A stretch of 64,000 nucleotides of DNA, taken from IMG/VR virus record IMGVR_UViG_3300023174_000079, positions 54,974-118,973 of that record. One strand, given 5' to 3'. Made by a program: the position numbers and the translations under genes. The notes beneath the pieces are model-generated. The model was not told the DNA's origin and did no database searches. It worked only from the letters and a program-made list of their open reading frames with translations. Position 1 is the first letter of the stretch. Each line of letters opens with the position of its first letter. Origin of the DNA: a virus. Shown in pieces: positions 29,108-39,389 of this stretch.

Positions 29108-29895
29108 TGAAGGTTATAACAGGTACAAAAAAAGGATTCTTTGCACTCTCAAACGATACCGCTAGACAAATATCACACTGTATTAAAAATAACGAAGAGT
29201 GGTTTGTTAAGTGGGGTAACGATACTCTCTATTGCGACCCTGTACACGGTGATAATGTATGGGAATATTACTTTAAACAACAATATCCTCTTCAAGAAAT
29301 CTTTCAAGTTGTAGGTGATTATACCGAGCTTGTTTTACTAAAAAATAATAGTTTTAGAACAACGATGAATTACATTTATAATAATCATTTTATTCTAAAT
29401 GATTCAACAGTACAGAAGCTATCAGGTCATTATGATCTATTTGACAAAAATAATATACTCGGTGTACACATACGGCGTACGGATAAATTCCTGATAGGGA
29501 TGCACGGTACTACGTTTAAGCATGCACCTGTCGATTTAGCACTGTTTCAGCAAGAAATTGATAAAGTGATTAATGATTATGATTATCTCTATCTTGCAAC
29601 AGACTGTGAAGAAGCGGTAAAGTTTATTAAAAAATGTTACGGCGAAAAAGTCATTTATAATATAAATGCCGTGCGTGGTCAAAACGCTATCAGTATACAC
29701 GATAATTATAAGCACATATCAGGATACATTAAAGGACTTAATGTATTAACAGATGTCATCTTATTGTCGAAATGTAGGCATTTAATTCGATCGTCATCGA
29801 ATGTATCTATAACATCTCTCTATTTAAATTTAGATTTGACACAGCTAAACCTGAATGAAAAATACCACGGTGATTCAGAGGCAGAACTTTTATGA
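29107..29895 (+). CDS. NodZ/GT23-like fucosyltransferase
   Basis: GVHIRRTDK, YLATD, DVILLSKC..LI...SNVS. Confidence 0.8.
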   Translation: MKVITGTKKGFFALSNDTARQISHCIKNNEEWFVKWGNDTLYCDPVHGDNVWEYYFKQQYPLQEIFQVVGDYTELVLLKNNSFRTTMNYIYNNHFILNDSTVQKLSGHYDLFDKNNILGVHIRRTDKFLIGMHGTTFKHAPVDLALFQQEIDKVINDYDYLYLATDCEEAVKFIKKCYGEKVIYNINAVRGQNAISIHDNYKHISGYIKGLNVLTDVILLSKCRHLIRSSSNVSITSLYLNLDLTQLNLNEKYHGDSEAELL

Positions 29896-30662
29896 GAACA
29901 AATTGGCCGTCATTTGATGAATCAATGAAGTATTGTCGTAATTATACGACGAGAAAAAAAGATTTTGATAAATGGGATTTTTTAGTAAAAAAATATAACG
30001 AAATTAAAAATAGAGAGCAGCAAGAACAAAAAATACCTAAGATATTACATCAAATATGGGTTGGAAAAAATATGCCAGAGAGAGAAAAAGAGTTCTGTGC
30101 GCAAGCTCAAAGAGCTCTCCCGCTTGACTGGGAGTACAGGCTGTGGAGAGATGATGATGTTAATAAATTACCTAATTTTACGCAAGTCGATCTCTATAAC
30201 AAGACACCAAGCTTGGGTCAAAAGTCTGACTTATTAAGACTTTATGTTCTATGTGAATTTGGTGGCGTATATTGTGATACAGATTTTATTTTAAACAAAC
30301 CGTTTGACGATTTATTGGATCTCGATTTTTTTGGAGGCGTTGTCTACGATGATGTACCTAATATCGCAAATAGTGTAATGGGTAGTAGTCCAAAAAATCA
30401 ATTAATTCAAGATATGCAAATCCTAGACGAGCCAATGCGTTATAGTGATGGCATGGATATCATCAATACAACAGGACAGGGGTTGGTGACGAGTAAAATC
30501 TTTAAAAACAAAGATACATTTAATAATTTCGTCGTACTACCGAATTTGTTTTTATATCCTTTTCCAAATTGCCCATCATGTCGAGAATCCGGACCGGATT
30601 ATAGAAATTATATAACCGAGGAAACTTATTGCTGTCACTTATGGCATGGTTCGTGGATGTGA
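29892..30662 (+). CDS. GT32 (Och1-like, DXD) glycosyltransferase
   Basis: IPKILHQIWVG, SDLLRL..L...GGVYCDTD, HLWHGSW. Confidence 0.88.
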   Translation: MRTNWPSFDESMKYCRNYTTRKKDFDKWDFLVKKYNEIKNREQQEQKIPKILHQIWVGKNMPEREKEFCAQAQRALPLDWEYRLWRDDDVNKLPNFTQVDLYNKTPSLGQKSDLLRLYVLCEFGGVYCDTDFILNKPFDDLLDLDFFGGVVYDDVPNIANSVMGSSPKNQLIQDMQILDEPMRYSDGMDIINTTGQGLVTSKIFKNKDTFNNFVVLPNLFLYPFPNCPSCRESGPDYRNYITEETYCCHLWHGSWM

Positions 30663-30699
30663 GTAGATATACAAGAAAAAGCATGTAAATAATTTTTTT

Positions 30700-31320
30700 A
30701 TGATGGTTAATTTGTTTGAATCGATTGAAAAATACAACATGAATATTACTGGCGTAATTCACGTCGGTGGTCATTTCGGAGAGGAATATGATTCATACAA
30801 AGCAATTAGTACAATAGATAACATTGTGTTTTTTGAACCTGATAGAGAGAGCTTTATAAAGTTAAAAGAAAAAACATCACACGACACAAAAGTCATATGC
30901 ATCAACAAAGCACTCGGACCCTTTTCATGTAAAGCAACACTATACAGGACGCCTAACCAAGGTGGTGAATCGAATTCAATTCTTGAACCACACAAGCATA
31001 CGCACATTTATCCAGGAATTGTCTTCACAAACAAAGAAACTGTCGATGTCGAGCCTCTCGATAAATTTGAGCCTACCACATCATTAAATTTTCTAAATAT
31101 GGATGTTCAAGGCGCAGAACTTAACGTCCTGTTAGGCGCATCAAATACCCTTAAAAATATTCAGTATATTTTAACAGAAATAAATACAGATGAACTGTAT
31201 AAAAACTGCGCTCTCGTAGAAGACTTAGATTACTTTCTCGGTAAATATGGTTTCAGGCGCGTTGAAACAATTTTAGATAGAGACAGCCAGGCATGGGGCG
31301 ATGCGCTTTATATAAAATGA
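30700..31320 (+). CDS. FkbM-family methyltransferase (copy 1)
   Basis: IHVGGHFGEE, FFEP, MDVQGAELNVL, WGDALY. Confidence 0.88.
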   Translation: MMVNLFESIEKYNMNITGVIHVGGHFGEEYDSYKAISTIDNIVFFEPDRESFIKLKEKTSHDTKVICINKALGPFSCKATLYRTPNQGGESNSILEPHKHTHIYPGIVFTNKETVDVEPLDKFEPTTSLNFLNMDVQGAELNVLLGASNTLKNIQYILTEINTDELYKNCALVEDLDYFLGKYGFRRVETILDRDSQAWGDALYIK

Positions 31321-31943
31321 GTTATATTGATGTAAATCGCGCTATTAACAATTACGGTATGAATATTACCGGTGTTATTCATGTTGGAGGCCACTACGGT
31401 GAGGAATATAGTACATATAAGAGCATACCGACAATCAGTAATATAGTTTTTTTTGAACCTGATGAATCGAGTTTTATAAAACTGAAAGAAACAACGGCAC
31501 ACGATAGTTGCGTTACATGCTTTAAAACCGGTCTTGGTCCTTTCTCCGGTAATGCTAAATTTTATAGATCCTTAGATTGCGAAGGACAAGCTAACTCAAC
31601 ACTACAGCCATTAATTGTAAAAGATATATACCCATCAATAAAATTCACCGAAATATCTACAATAGAAATAGAAACACTAGATAGTTATAATTTTCCGACA
31701 GATTATAATCTACTTAATATGGATGTTCAGGGTGGTGAGTTAAATGTTTTGCTAGGTGCAACTGATACCTTGAAGAGGATACAGTACATACTAACAGAAG
31801 TTAATACAGCTGAACTATATAAAAATTGTGCGCTAATTGAAGATTTAGATTATTTTCTCGGAAAGCACGGATTTAAAAGAATTGAAACAGGGCTCGAGTC
31901 TGAAACTCAGACATGGGGAGACGCTCTCTATATCAAAGTATGA
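31317..31943 (+). CDS. FkbM-family methyltransferase (copy 2, tandem paralogue)
   Basis: IHVGGHYGEE, MDVQGGELNVL, WGDALY; ATGA overlap with copy 1. Confidence 0.88.
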   Translation: MSYIDVNRAINNYGMNITGVIHVGGHYGEEYSTYKSIPTISNIVFFEPDESSFIKLKETTAHDSCVTCFKTGLGPFSGNAKFYRSLDCEGQANSTLQPLIVKDIYPSIKFTEISTIEIETLDSYNFPTDYNLLNMDVQGGELNVLLGATDTLKRIQYILTEVNTAELYKNCALIEDLDYFLGKHGFKRIETGLESETQTWGDALYIKV

Positions 31944-32575
31944 AATTAAAAGATTATTATAAACAGAGCGTCGATATGAATGAACGTGTAGACGAGGGTG
32001 GAAATCGTATTGACGGATGGGCTTCAATGCATTACGGTGTATTTTCGAAAATTGTAAATGACAATAACTATAAAAAAATAGCTGAAATTGGTGTAGGTTA
32101 CGGTACACATGCAAAATATATCTTAGAACACTGCAAGGATATTGAGCAGCTGTATCTTGTGGATCCTATGGTTAACTACCCTAACGATTATTTTGCTATT
32201 GATATAATGAATCAAGAAGCAGAAATTTCTGGTAATAATTTTAATGAGCTTTATGTTTTAATAAACGACTATTTATCTGCACATCAAAACTATATATGGT
32301 TTAGAAAAAAAAGTCTTGAAGTGACAGAGGCTGAGATAGCTAATGCTAGTTTAGACGCTGTTTTTATAGATGGCGCCCATGATTACGACAACGTGTTGGC
32401 TGATTTATTTTTCTGGTCAAAAAAAATTAAACCTGGTGGTCAAATATTAGGTGATGATTTCTGGATAGGTGATATTAAGCGTGCTGTAGATTTCTTTTCA
32501 ACATCCACTACCATATCATATGATTTATTAAGACTACCGCATAAGGAGTATTATATCTATAGATTTAAATTTTAA
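31940..32575 (+). CDS. Class I SAM methyltransferase (Methyltransf_24-like)
   Basis: AEIGVGYG, VFIDGAHDY, KPGG..GDD. Confidence 0.85.
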   Translation: MKLKDYYKQSVDMNERVDEGGNRIDGWASMHYGVFSKIVNDNNYKKIAEIGVGYGTHAKYILEHCKDIEQLYLVDPMVNYPNDYFAIDIMNQEAEISGNNFNELYVLINDYLSAHQNYIWFRKKSLEVTEAEIANASLDAVFIDGAHDYDNVLADLFFWSKKIKPGGQILGDDFWIGDIKRAVDFFSTSTTISYDLLRLPHKEYYIYRFKF

Positions 32576-32580
32576 AATAC

Positions 32581-33429
32581 ATGATAACTATAAACTACGA
32601 AACAAATTTTGGTAATTGTATGTTCCAATATGCTTTTGCAAGATTACATGCCGAGGTAAATGGATTTAATTTACAAAGTGATTTTAAATATAGAAATATC
32701 CTAGATACAACAGACCACAGGCCCGGCGAAAACGAAAGAAATATCGGAAGCACTGCTACTATACATGATATAGTATACGACTCTTTTAGAAGGGACCATG
32801 GTTCGAACTATATGAGATTGTCACCCGATATGAGCTATTATATCAACGGGTATTTTCAGGATGCAGATTTATTTAACAATAACAGAGATCTTGTAAGAAG
32901 TTTCTTTAAGACACCTGAAGTATTAGATGTGAATACAGAGGACACTTTTGTTACGATAAGGCTTGGAGATTTTGTTAAAACAGGACAGGACTCAGAGATA
33001 ATAGATTATAATTGGTATATATCTGTTCTAGAGCAAATGCCCGGTAAGAAATTTATACAAGTTTGTGATTATAAAGGCACAAACCCGGATTATACGGCTC
33101 AGTTTATAAATACTGATCACGAAAAGAAATACATAGACCGTATCGTTAGTGCAGTTGATGGGTGTGAGGTATCATACATGGATCCTGATACTTCGAAGGA
33201 TTTTAGGAAATATTTTCAATATAAAAATATTGTATGTTCGAATAGTACGTTTGCTTGGTGGGGATGTTTTTTGAGTGATGCAGCAACTAATATTATTTCG
33301 TTTAATAAATTTGGATTTAAAGGTCTAGCGGAAATTGTTAGTCACGGACCTCATGTAAATAACTTACGTAACATTAAAAATATAGCGCATATAGTTGATG
33401 GAGGATTTTGTGATGTTACAAAATTGTAA
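32581..33429 (+). CDS. alpha-1,2-fucosyltransferase-like (GT11)
   Basis: GNCMFQYA, GYFQ, IRLGDF, NSTFAWWG. Confidence 0.85.
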   Translation: MITINYETNFGNCMFQYAFARLHAEVNGFNLQSDFKYRNILDTTDHRPGENERNIGSTATIHDIVYDSFRRDHGSNYMRLSPDMSYYINGYFQDADLFNNNRDLVRSFFKTPEVLDVNTEDTFVTIRLGDFVKTGQDSEIIDYNWYISVLEQMPGKKFIQVCDYKGTNPDYTAQFINTDHEKKYIDRIVSAVDGCEVSYMDPDTSKDFRKYFQYKNIVCSNSTFAWWGCFLSDAATNIISFNKFGFKGLAEIVSHGPHVNNLRNIKNIAHIVDGGFCDVTKL

Positions 33430-34030
33430 GATCTTTATTTTACATCATATTCCCGCAGCTTATCGTAAGCAAAAACTACAGGAAGATCTTAATAAAGTAA
33501 ATTTGATGTATCCGATAGAATGGGTAGAAGATTTTTTACCTGAAGATATTAAACACATAAAATGTAATATAAAGCTTACTGAGCTTTCTTTAACCCTCAA
33601 ACATCAATATGTTTTTGAGCAAATAGTTCAGCAGAAACTACCCTATGGCATTATTTTTGAAGATGATGTTGATTTACTTAGTGTAGATAATCTACAATGT
33701 TTTATTGAAAAAAGTATAGAAGAGATAAATGAAGCGCAAGGCGATATGTTGTGGATCGGTGATGCCTGGGTTGGGAAATATACAATTCCAAAAGAATGTA
33801 AATTAGCAAATAAACTTTCATATTTCTCTGAAAACTGCTGGTCTAGATGTACACATGCTTATATAATAAGCCTACAAGGCGCTAAGACAATGCTTGAAAA
33901 CTATAACTATGACTATGCTATTGATCATCTTTTTAATCATATTAAGCGACAGAATTCTTTAAATATCGGTTGGACGGAGCCCGGTTTAATACAAAAAACA
34001 GCTGAGGGGTTATGGCAAACAATAATGTAA
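33413..34030 (+). CDS. GT25-family glycosyltransferase
   Basis: SLTLKH, IIFEDD, CTHAYIISLQGA, AIDH. Confidence 0.8.
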   Translation: MLQNCKIFILHHIPAAYRKQKLQEDLNKVNLMYPIEWVEDFLPEDIKHIKCNIKLTELSLTLKHQYVFEQIVQQKLPYGIIFEDDVDLLSVDNLQCFIEKSIEEINEAQGDMLWIGDAWVGKYTIPKECKLANKLSYFSENCWSRCTHAYIISLQGAKTMLENYNYDYAIDHLFNHIKRQNSLNIGWTEPGLIQKTAEGLWQTIM

Positions 34031-34034
34031 AGCA

Positions 34035-35027
34035 ATGAATAAAGACAAGACAAAAATAGGTTTTTTTATACGTCACTTTACCGAGTGCGGAACAGAAGTA
34101 TCTATTTACGATTATGCAGATCATAATGAAACAATTTTAGGAAATGAAAGCGTCATATTAAGCTTTACGAAGGAAGCTCATGCATTATATGGAAAACCAT
34201 ATAATGAAAGTGTGTTTGAAAAATTCAATAAGCGATTTAAGGTTATACAAGCCAATAATTTTGATGAAATTCGTAATATTGTCGATCGTGAAAAAATAAA
34301 CGTATATTATACGCAAGTTTGGGGTATACCAGAAGAACATCCATACGGTGATATTAATAATACGAAATATTTTGTACACTGCGTCTTTGATGCTGTCGCA
34401 CCTCGTGGCGATATATATGTACCGATAAGCGATCAAATTAATAAAAAGAATAATACAAACTTTACTGTACTACCGTATATGGTACGAGTAGGTACAAATG
34501 CAGAGAATCTTCGCACGCAATTGAATATACCTAAAGATGCGATTGTGTTCGGCCGACACGGTGGTACAACATCTTTTGATATACCTATAGCAAGAGAAGC
34601 TGTAGCTGAAGTAGCTAGGAATAATAAACATATATATTTTATTTTTCTTAATACCCCTGCTTTTTGTGAACCGCTGCCGAATGTAATACATCTACCGTGC
34701 GAGGTCGATATAGAAAAGAAAAGAACTTTTATTAATACATGTGATGCTATGATTCATGGTCGAACTCATGGCGAAACTTTTGGTCTCGCTATTGGAGAAT
34801 TTGCAATGTGTTTGAAGCCTGTTATTTGCTGTAATCAATTTCTCGACTGGGCTCATCTTGATATACTTGGCGATAAGGCGGTTATATATAACAGTAAGGA
34901 TGAGCTAGTTAATATTTTAACAAACTTCGAACCTAAGAAATACGATATGACAGATAATGGCTATACAAAATATACGCCCGAGTACGTTATGTCAATCTTT
35001 AAAGCGCTGATTAACAAAGTTGTATAA
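34035..35027 (+). CDS. GT-B (GT4-like) glycosyltransferase
   Basis: GTEVSIYDYA, FGRHGG..SFD, CDAMIHGR..GETFGLAIGEF. Confidence 0.8.
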   Translation: MNKDKTKIGFFIRHFTECGTEVSIYDYADHNETILGNESVILSFTKEAHALYGKPYNESVFEKFNKRFKVIQANNFDEIRNIVDREKINVYYTQVWGIPEEHPYGDINNTKYFVHCVFDAVAPRGDIYVPISDQINKKNNTNFTVLPYMVRVGTNAENLRTQLNIPKDAIVFGRHGGTTSFDIPIAREAVAEVARNNKHIYFIFLNTPAFCEPLPNVIHLPCEVDIEKKRTFINTCDAMIHGRTHGETFGLAIGEFAMCLKPVICCNQFLDWAHLDILGDKAVIYNSKDELVNILTNFEPKKYDMTDNGYTKYTPEYVMSIFKALINKVV

Positions 35028-35672
35028 ATGAATACCAGTATACCATCATTTCAAGTTTTCTCTTACGCAAATTCAAATATTTCAAACGAGGTTTGTGATT
35101 ATCAGAAAGCGGTTTTTGATAGATTTAATCTATCTGTTGATCAAATTAAAGTGAATGTTGATCATAGTGTATATGGTCATGGTGATTTTTTAAACGAAAA
35201 AGCAAGAAATAGTAATAGTAAATATATAATATTTTTCGATGTAGATTGTATTCCGCTAACGTCGAATTTATACGATATTATTATTAATGAGCTAGAAAAA
35301 GAACAATGTATTATAGGTATTGAGCAATTATGTAATAGTAATCCTCATAATCATCTATATGCTGGTCCTGCTTGCCTTGCGTTTCCCGTCTCACTTTATA
35401 AAGAGCTCGGATGCCCGTCGTTAATTCAAAACAATAGAAGCGATGTTGCGGAAGAGCTGACATGGATATGTGAAGAGAATGATATTAAAGTCAAATATTT
35501 TACAGCTATTTCTTCTGAAATACCAAAGTGGAAATTAACAAGCGAAAGAAATTTTGGCATAGGCACAACTTATAGTTATAATCATGTTGATGTATTATAT
35601 CATCAATTTGAAATTCGCATGGGATGTGATCGATTTATAAATAAATGCAAATCCATTCTCAAGCAACACTAA
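35028..35672 (+). CDS. Putative GT-A glycosyltransferase
   Basis: HGDFL, IIFFDVDCIP DXD motif, SDVAEEL. Confidence 0.65.
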   Translation: MNTSIPSFQVFSYANSNISNEVCDYQKAVFDRFNLSVDQIKVNVDHSVYGHGDFLNEKARNSNSKYIIFFDVDCIPLTSNLYDIIINELEKEQCIIGIEQLCNSNPHNHLYAGPACLAFPVSLYKELGCPSLIQNNRSDVAEELTWICEENDIKVKYFTAISSEIPKWKLTSERNFGIGTTYSYNHVDVLYHQFEIRMGCDRFINKCKSILKQH

Positions 35673-35677
35673 TACAA

Positions 35678-36319
35678 ATGAAAAACAAAACATTAACAGA
35701 AATAGGAATACACTATGGAACGGACAAAGCAACGTTTCATGGATTTACAGACATCTATGATAGATATTTTACGCCTCTTAGAGACAAGCAGCTTAATATT
35801 TTAGAGATTGGTATTGATAGAGGATACTCCATACTTACGCTTAGAGATTACTTTATTAATAGTCAAATATATGCTATCGATTGTTTAGATAAGAGTCACC
35901 TATCCGGTGATCGTTTTATTTTTAATATAGGTGATCAGGCTGATAGAAATTTTATGCAACACCTGTTCCGGGGTATCGAATTTGATATTATTATCGATGA
36001 TGGTGGTCACGGTATGGAGCAACAGCAAGTCACGCTTGAGGAAATGCTTCCAAGATTAAAATCAGGAGGCATTTATGTTCTTGAAGATCTGCATACAAGC
36101 TATGAATACGGTTACACAGGCAACAAGGATGATAATACTACTCTCACATTGATCGAAAATATTAATAATTTATCTGCAGTTAAAAAAAATAATTTCTTCA
36201 TCAACGATTTAACAGAAGTGCAGCGTCAAATTAACGCTTGCAATGTATACTATAACGATACTGCTAGTGGCGAAGCTCACCGTGGTAAATCAATCACATC
36301 TGTTATCTATAAAAAATAA
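35678..36319 (+). CDS. SAM-dependent sugar O-methyltransferase (MycE/TylE-like)
   Basis: GTDK...H, LEIGI, GDQAD, DIIIDDGGH, GGIYVLEDLHTSY. Confidence 0.85.
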   Translation: MKNKTLTEIGIHYGTDKATFHGFTDIYDRYFTPLRDKQLNILEIGIDRGYSILTLRDYFINSQIYAIDCLDKSHLSGDRFIFNIGDQADRNFMQHLFRGIEFDIIIDDGGHGMEQQQVTLEEMLPRLKSGGIYVLEDLHTSYEYGYTGNKDDNTTLTLIENINNLSAVKKNNFFINDLTEVQRQINACNVYYNDTASGEAHRGKSITSVIYKK

Positions 36320-36320
36320 A

Positions 36321-37091
36321 ATGTCAGATTACTGTACAGTACTATTGACTAATGATGCGTATTTCGAGCGAATGCTACATACGTTGAGCGGTATCTTACA
36401 ATTCGTCTGCAGTTCAGACATAGTAATTGTTATTGGTGATGATCTTAAAGAATCTACTAAACTATCTCACCCTCTCCTAGGACATGAAAAAGTAAGAATA
36501 CAATATTTTCCTGATATTAAATTTAGCAATAACTTTAATATTAAATTCAATACATTACATAGAACACACTGGACCGAAAAATTTTTAACAAAAAAATTTC
36601 AATATCATAAATTTAACATCTTTAACCAATATTTCAAACAATGGAAATTTATACTGTATATAGATTCCGGCGCGACAATCTTTAGCTCCATCGACAGGAT
36701 GTTCAACGCAAAAAGAGTCGGTAAGTTTTGTGCACACAGCGACGGTTACCCAAATAACCCGTGGTTTTTAAAACGACAATTTGACGATACAGATTCGCTT
36801 TTTTCCGAGTTAACTAATACATATAATCTTGAAATAGATTATCCGCAAACAACAATAAAGTTATTTGATACCAACTTAATAGAAGAAAATACATTCAACG
36901 AAATTTATGATCTAGCCGAAAAATGGCCTATTTCACTCACTAACGATCAGGGTATCCTGGCTCTTTATTTTACAGCTATTAAAAATAAATGGGAACAAAT
37001 ACAACTAGGAGATGAAGACTATTGGTACTATGATTTTCATATACGACCAACAAAAGTTGATAAGCCTCATATAATTGTTAAATACGTCTAA
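36321..37091 (+). CDS. GT8-like glycosyltransferase
   Basis: KFNIF, LYIDSG, NDQGILAL. Confidence 0.7.
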   Translation: MSDYCTVLLTNDAYFERMLHTLSGILQFVCSSDIVIVIGDDLKESTKLSHPLLGHEKVRIQYFPDIKFSNNFNIKFNTLHRTHWTEKFLTKKFQYHKFNIFNQYFKQWKFILYIDSGATIFSSIDRMFNAKRVGKFCAHSDGYPNNPWFLKRQFDDTDSLFSELTNTYNLEIDYPQTTIKLFDTNLIEENTFNEIYDLAEKWPISLTNDQGILALYFTAIKNKWEQIQLGDEDYWYYDFHIRPTKVDKPHIIVKYV

Positions 37092-37095
37092 TAAT

Positions 37096-37629
37096 ATGTT
37101 TTATTCACAAATCGGTCAAGATGAATTTGTTTTTAATACTGCGAGTAAATACCTAAGCACAAAAAAGGATTTTACCTTTTTAGATATTGGATGCCAGGAT
37201 TATGAGCATATCAACAACACGTATTACTTAGAAAAGGTACATAACTGGAGAGGTGTAGCGATTGATATTGACGGTCAGTGGAGTCAGAACTGGATTAATA
37301 ATAGAAAAAATTCTGTATTTGTTGCTACAGATGCAACTACCGCCGACTACGGTAAAATATTACAAGATAATAATATGCCGACAGTAATAGATTATTTGAG
37401 TCTAGACTTAGAGCCACCACCGCTCACCCTGAAAGCACTGCATCGACTGCTTGAGTATAATTATACGTTTAATATTGTTACATACGAAACAGACTATTAT
37501 CGGGAAAATGAATACGGCGTCGATTCTCTTAGAAAACCTTCTCAAGATCTCTTTAAGTCGAAAGGTTATGTTCTTGTACAAGAAGGGCGTCAAGATGATT
37601 TTTATATACATAGCAGTTTACTGACTTGA
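37096..37629 (+). CDS. FkbM-like methyltransferase
   Basis: YSQIGQDEFV, FLDIG, NNTYYLE, IDYLSLDLE. Confidence 0.8.
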   Translation: MFYSQIGQDEFVFNTASKYLSTKKDFTFLDIGCQDYEHINNTYYLEKVHNWRGVAIDIDGQWSQNWINNRKNSVFVATDATTADYGKILQDNNMPTVIDYLSLDLEPPPLTLKALHRLLEYNYTFNIVTYETDYYRENEYGVDSLRKPSQDLFKSKGYVLVQEGRQDDFYIHSSLLT

Positions 37630-37661
37630 CCTTTCAAATAAAGTTATTATATTAATGTGAT

Positions 37662-38654
37662 ATGAAAACAGCATTAGTACTTGGTGCCGGGGGATTTATA
37701 GGCAATCATTTGGTTAATCGTCTCAAGGATGAAGGTTATTGGGTAAGAGGAGTAGATTTAAAATATAATGAATATCAGCAAACGCGTGCTGATGATTTTG
37801 TAATTGGAGATCTTACAGATCCCGTCGTAGTACGAAATGTAATGTGGGGACCCGATCAACGTGCGTATAGTATAAACCCGTTTGATGAAGTATATCAATT
37901 AGCAGCTGATATGGGTGGAGCTGGTTATATTTTTAGTGGCGAAAACGACGCAAACGTAATGCATAATTCTGCTACAATAAATCTCAACGTTGCTGATACC
38001 GCTGTACGAAACCATATTAAACAGCTTTTTTATAGCAGCAGCGCCTGTATGTATCCAGAACACAACCAACTTGATCCAAATAATCCAAATTGCGAGGAGA
38101 GTAGCGCTTATCCTGCTAATCCCGATAGTGAATATGGCTGGGAAAAACTCTTTAGTGAGCGACTATATCTCGCTTACCAGCGCAACTACGGTTTAAATGT
38201 ACGTATTGCGCGCTTTCATAACATCTTCGGGCCGCTTGGTTCCTGGAACAATGGTAAAGAAAAATCACCTGCAGCTATCTGTCGTAAGGTAGCACAAGCC
38301 GAAAATAACGGTGAAATTGAAATTTGGGGTGATGGAGAACAAACAAGAAGCTTTCTTTATATTGATGAGTGTCTTGAAGCGGTAAGACGATTAATGTTAT
38401 CTGAATTTACTGGACCGGTTAATATTGGATCAGATGAAATGGTAACAATTAATAAGCTTGCTGATATTGCATGTAAAGTTGCAAATAAGAATCTTACAAA
38501 AAAGCATATAACCGGACCACTTGGTGTAAGGGGCCGTAATTCAGACAATAGATTAATTAAGGAAAAGCTTAATTGGGCACCTTCACAGCCCCTTGAGCAA
38601 GGTATTGCTAATACGTATAACTGGATCCATGAACAGTTAAATAAGAGCAATTAA
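37662..38654 (+). CDS. GDP-mannose 3,5-epimerase (extended SDR)
   Basis: GAGGFIG, LAADMGGAGY, YSSSACMYP, PDSEYGWEK, RFHNIFGP, EKSPAAICRK, GVRGRNSDN. Confidence 0.9.
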   Translation: MKTALVLGAGGFIGNHLVNRLKDEGYWVRGVDLKYNEYQQTRADDFVIGDLTDPVVVRNVMWGPDQRAYSINPFDEVYQLAADMGGAGYIFSGENDANVMHNSATINLNVADTAVRNHIKQLFYSSSACMYPEHNQLDPNNPNCEESSAYPANPDSEYGWEKLFSERLYLAYQRNYGLNVRIARFHNIFGPLGSWNNGKEKSPAAICRKVAQAENNGEIEIWGDGEQTRSFLYIDECLEAVRRLMLSEFTGPVNIGSDEMVTINKLADIACKVANKNLTKKHITGPLGVRGRNSDNRLIKEKLNWAPSQPLEQGIANTYNWIHEQLNKSN

Positions 38655-38655
38655 A

Positions 38656-39351
38656 ATGCCAATTGATAAAAATATATTTCAAACATATAAGACAAGAGCT
38701 ATACCAGATTTTATGGAAAAGCTCATTGATGAGCTTAAAAATAAAAATCCTGATTATGAATATTTTCTTTTTGATGATGATGATATTCATCAATTTATAA
38801 GTGATAATTATAGCAAGGATATTCAACAGGCATATAGTAAGCTTCATATAGGGGCCGCAAAAGCTGATTTTTGGCGATATTTAGTTTTATATAAACATGG
38901 TGGTATTTATATAGATTTTGATTCGTATCCTCGTTGTGAGCTTAACGATATAATTCGAGAAACAGATTCTGCTATTATAACGCGTGAAGGTAATCCAGAT
39001 TATTTTGTTCAATGGTGCTTATTCTTTGGTAAAGAACATCCTGTCTTGAAAAAGACAATTGAATATACAGCAGAGAATATTCTTGAAGCTAAAGAGACAA
39101 AAATACTCAAATTAACAGGACCTGTTGTCTATACAAGAGCTATAAAAGATTATTATAGTTTTATTCCCTTTAAAGATTCTATTCACGACTTGACAGATGA
39201 TCATATCAACCAATTGATATCACAAAACACTAACGACGGTACGAGATTCTTTAAAACAGACTATGATAATCTTATAGATTTTCATCATGAGCATTTTAGT
39301 TATTTGTACGAGCCATACACTAGCGTTAAACATTGGATACAACAGCAATAA
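38656..39351 (+). CDS. GT32 (Och1-like) glycosyltransferase
   Basis: IFQT, KADFWRYLVLYKHGGIYIDFD, LTGP. Confidence 0.88.
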   Translation: MPIDKNIFQTYKTRAIPDFMEKLIDELKNKNPDYEYFLFDDDDIHQFISDNYSKDIQQAYSKLHIGAAKADFWRYLVLYKHGGIYIDFDSYPRCELNDIIRETDSAIITREGNPDYFVQWCLFFGKEHPVLKKTIEYTAENILEAKETKILKLTGPVVYTRAIKDYYSFIPFKDSIHDLTDDHINQLISQNTNDGTRFFKTDYDNLIDFHHEHFSYLYEPYTSVKHWIQQQ

Positions 39352-39389
39352 AAACTTGATAAACAAATTTAATATAGTATCATCAATCT

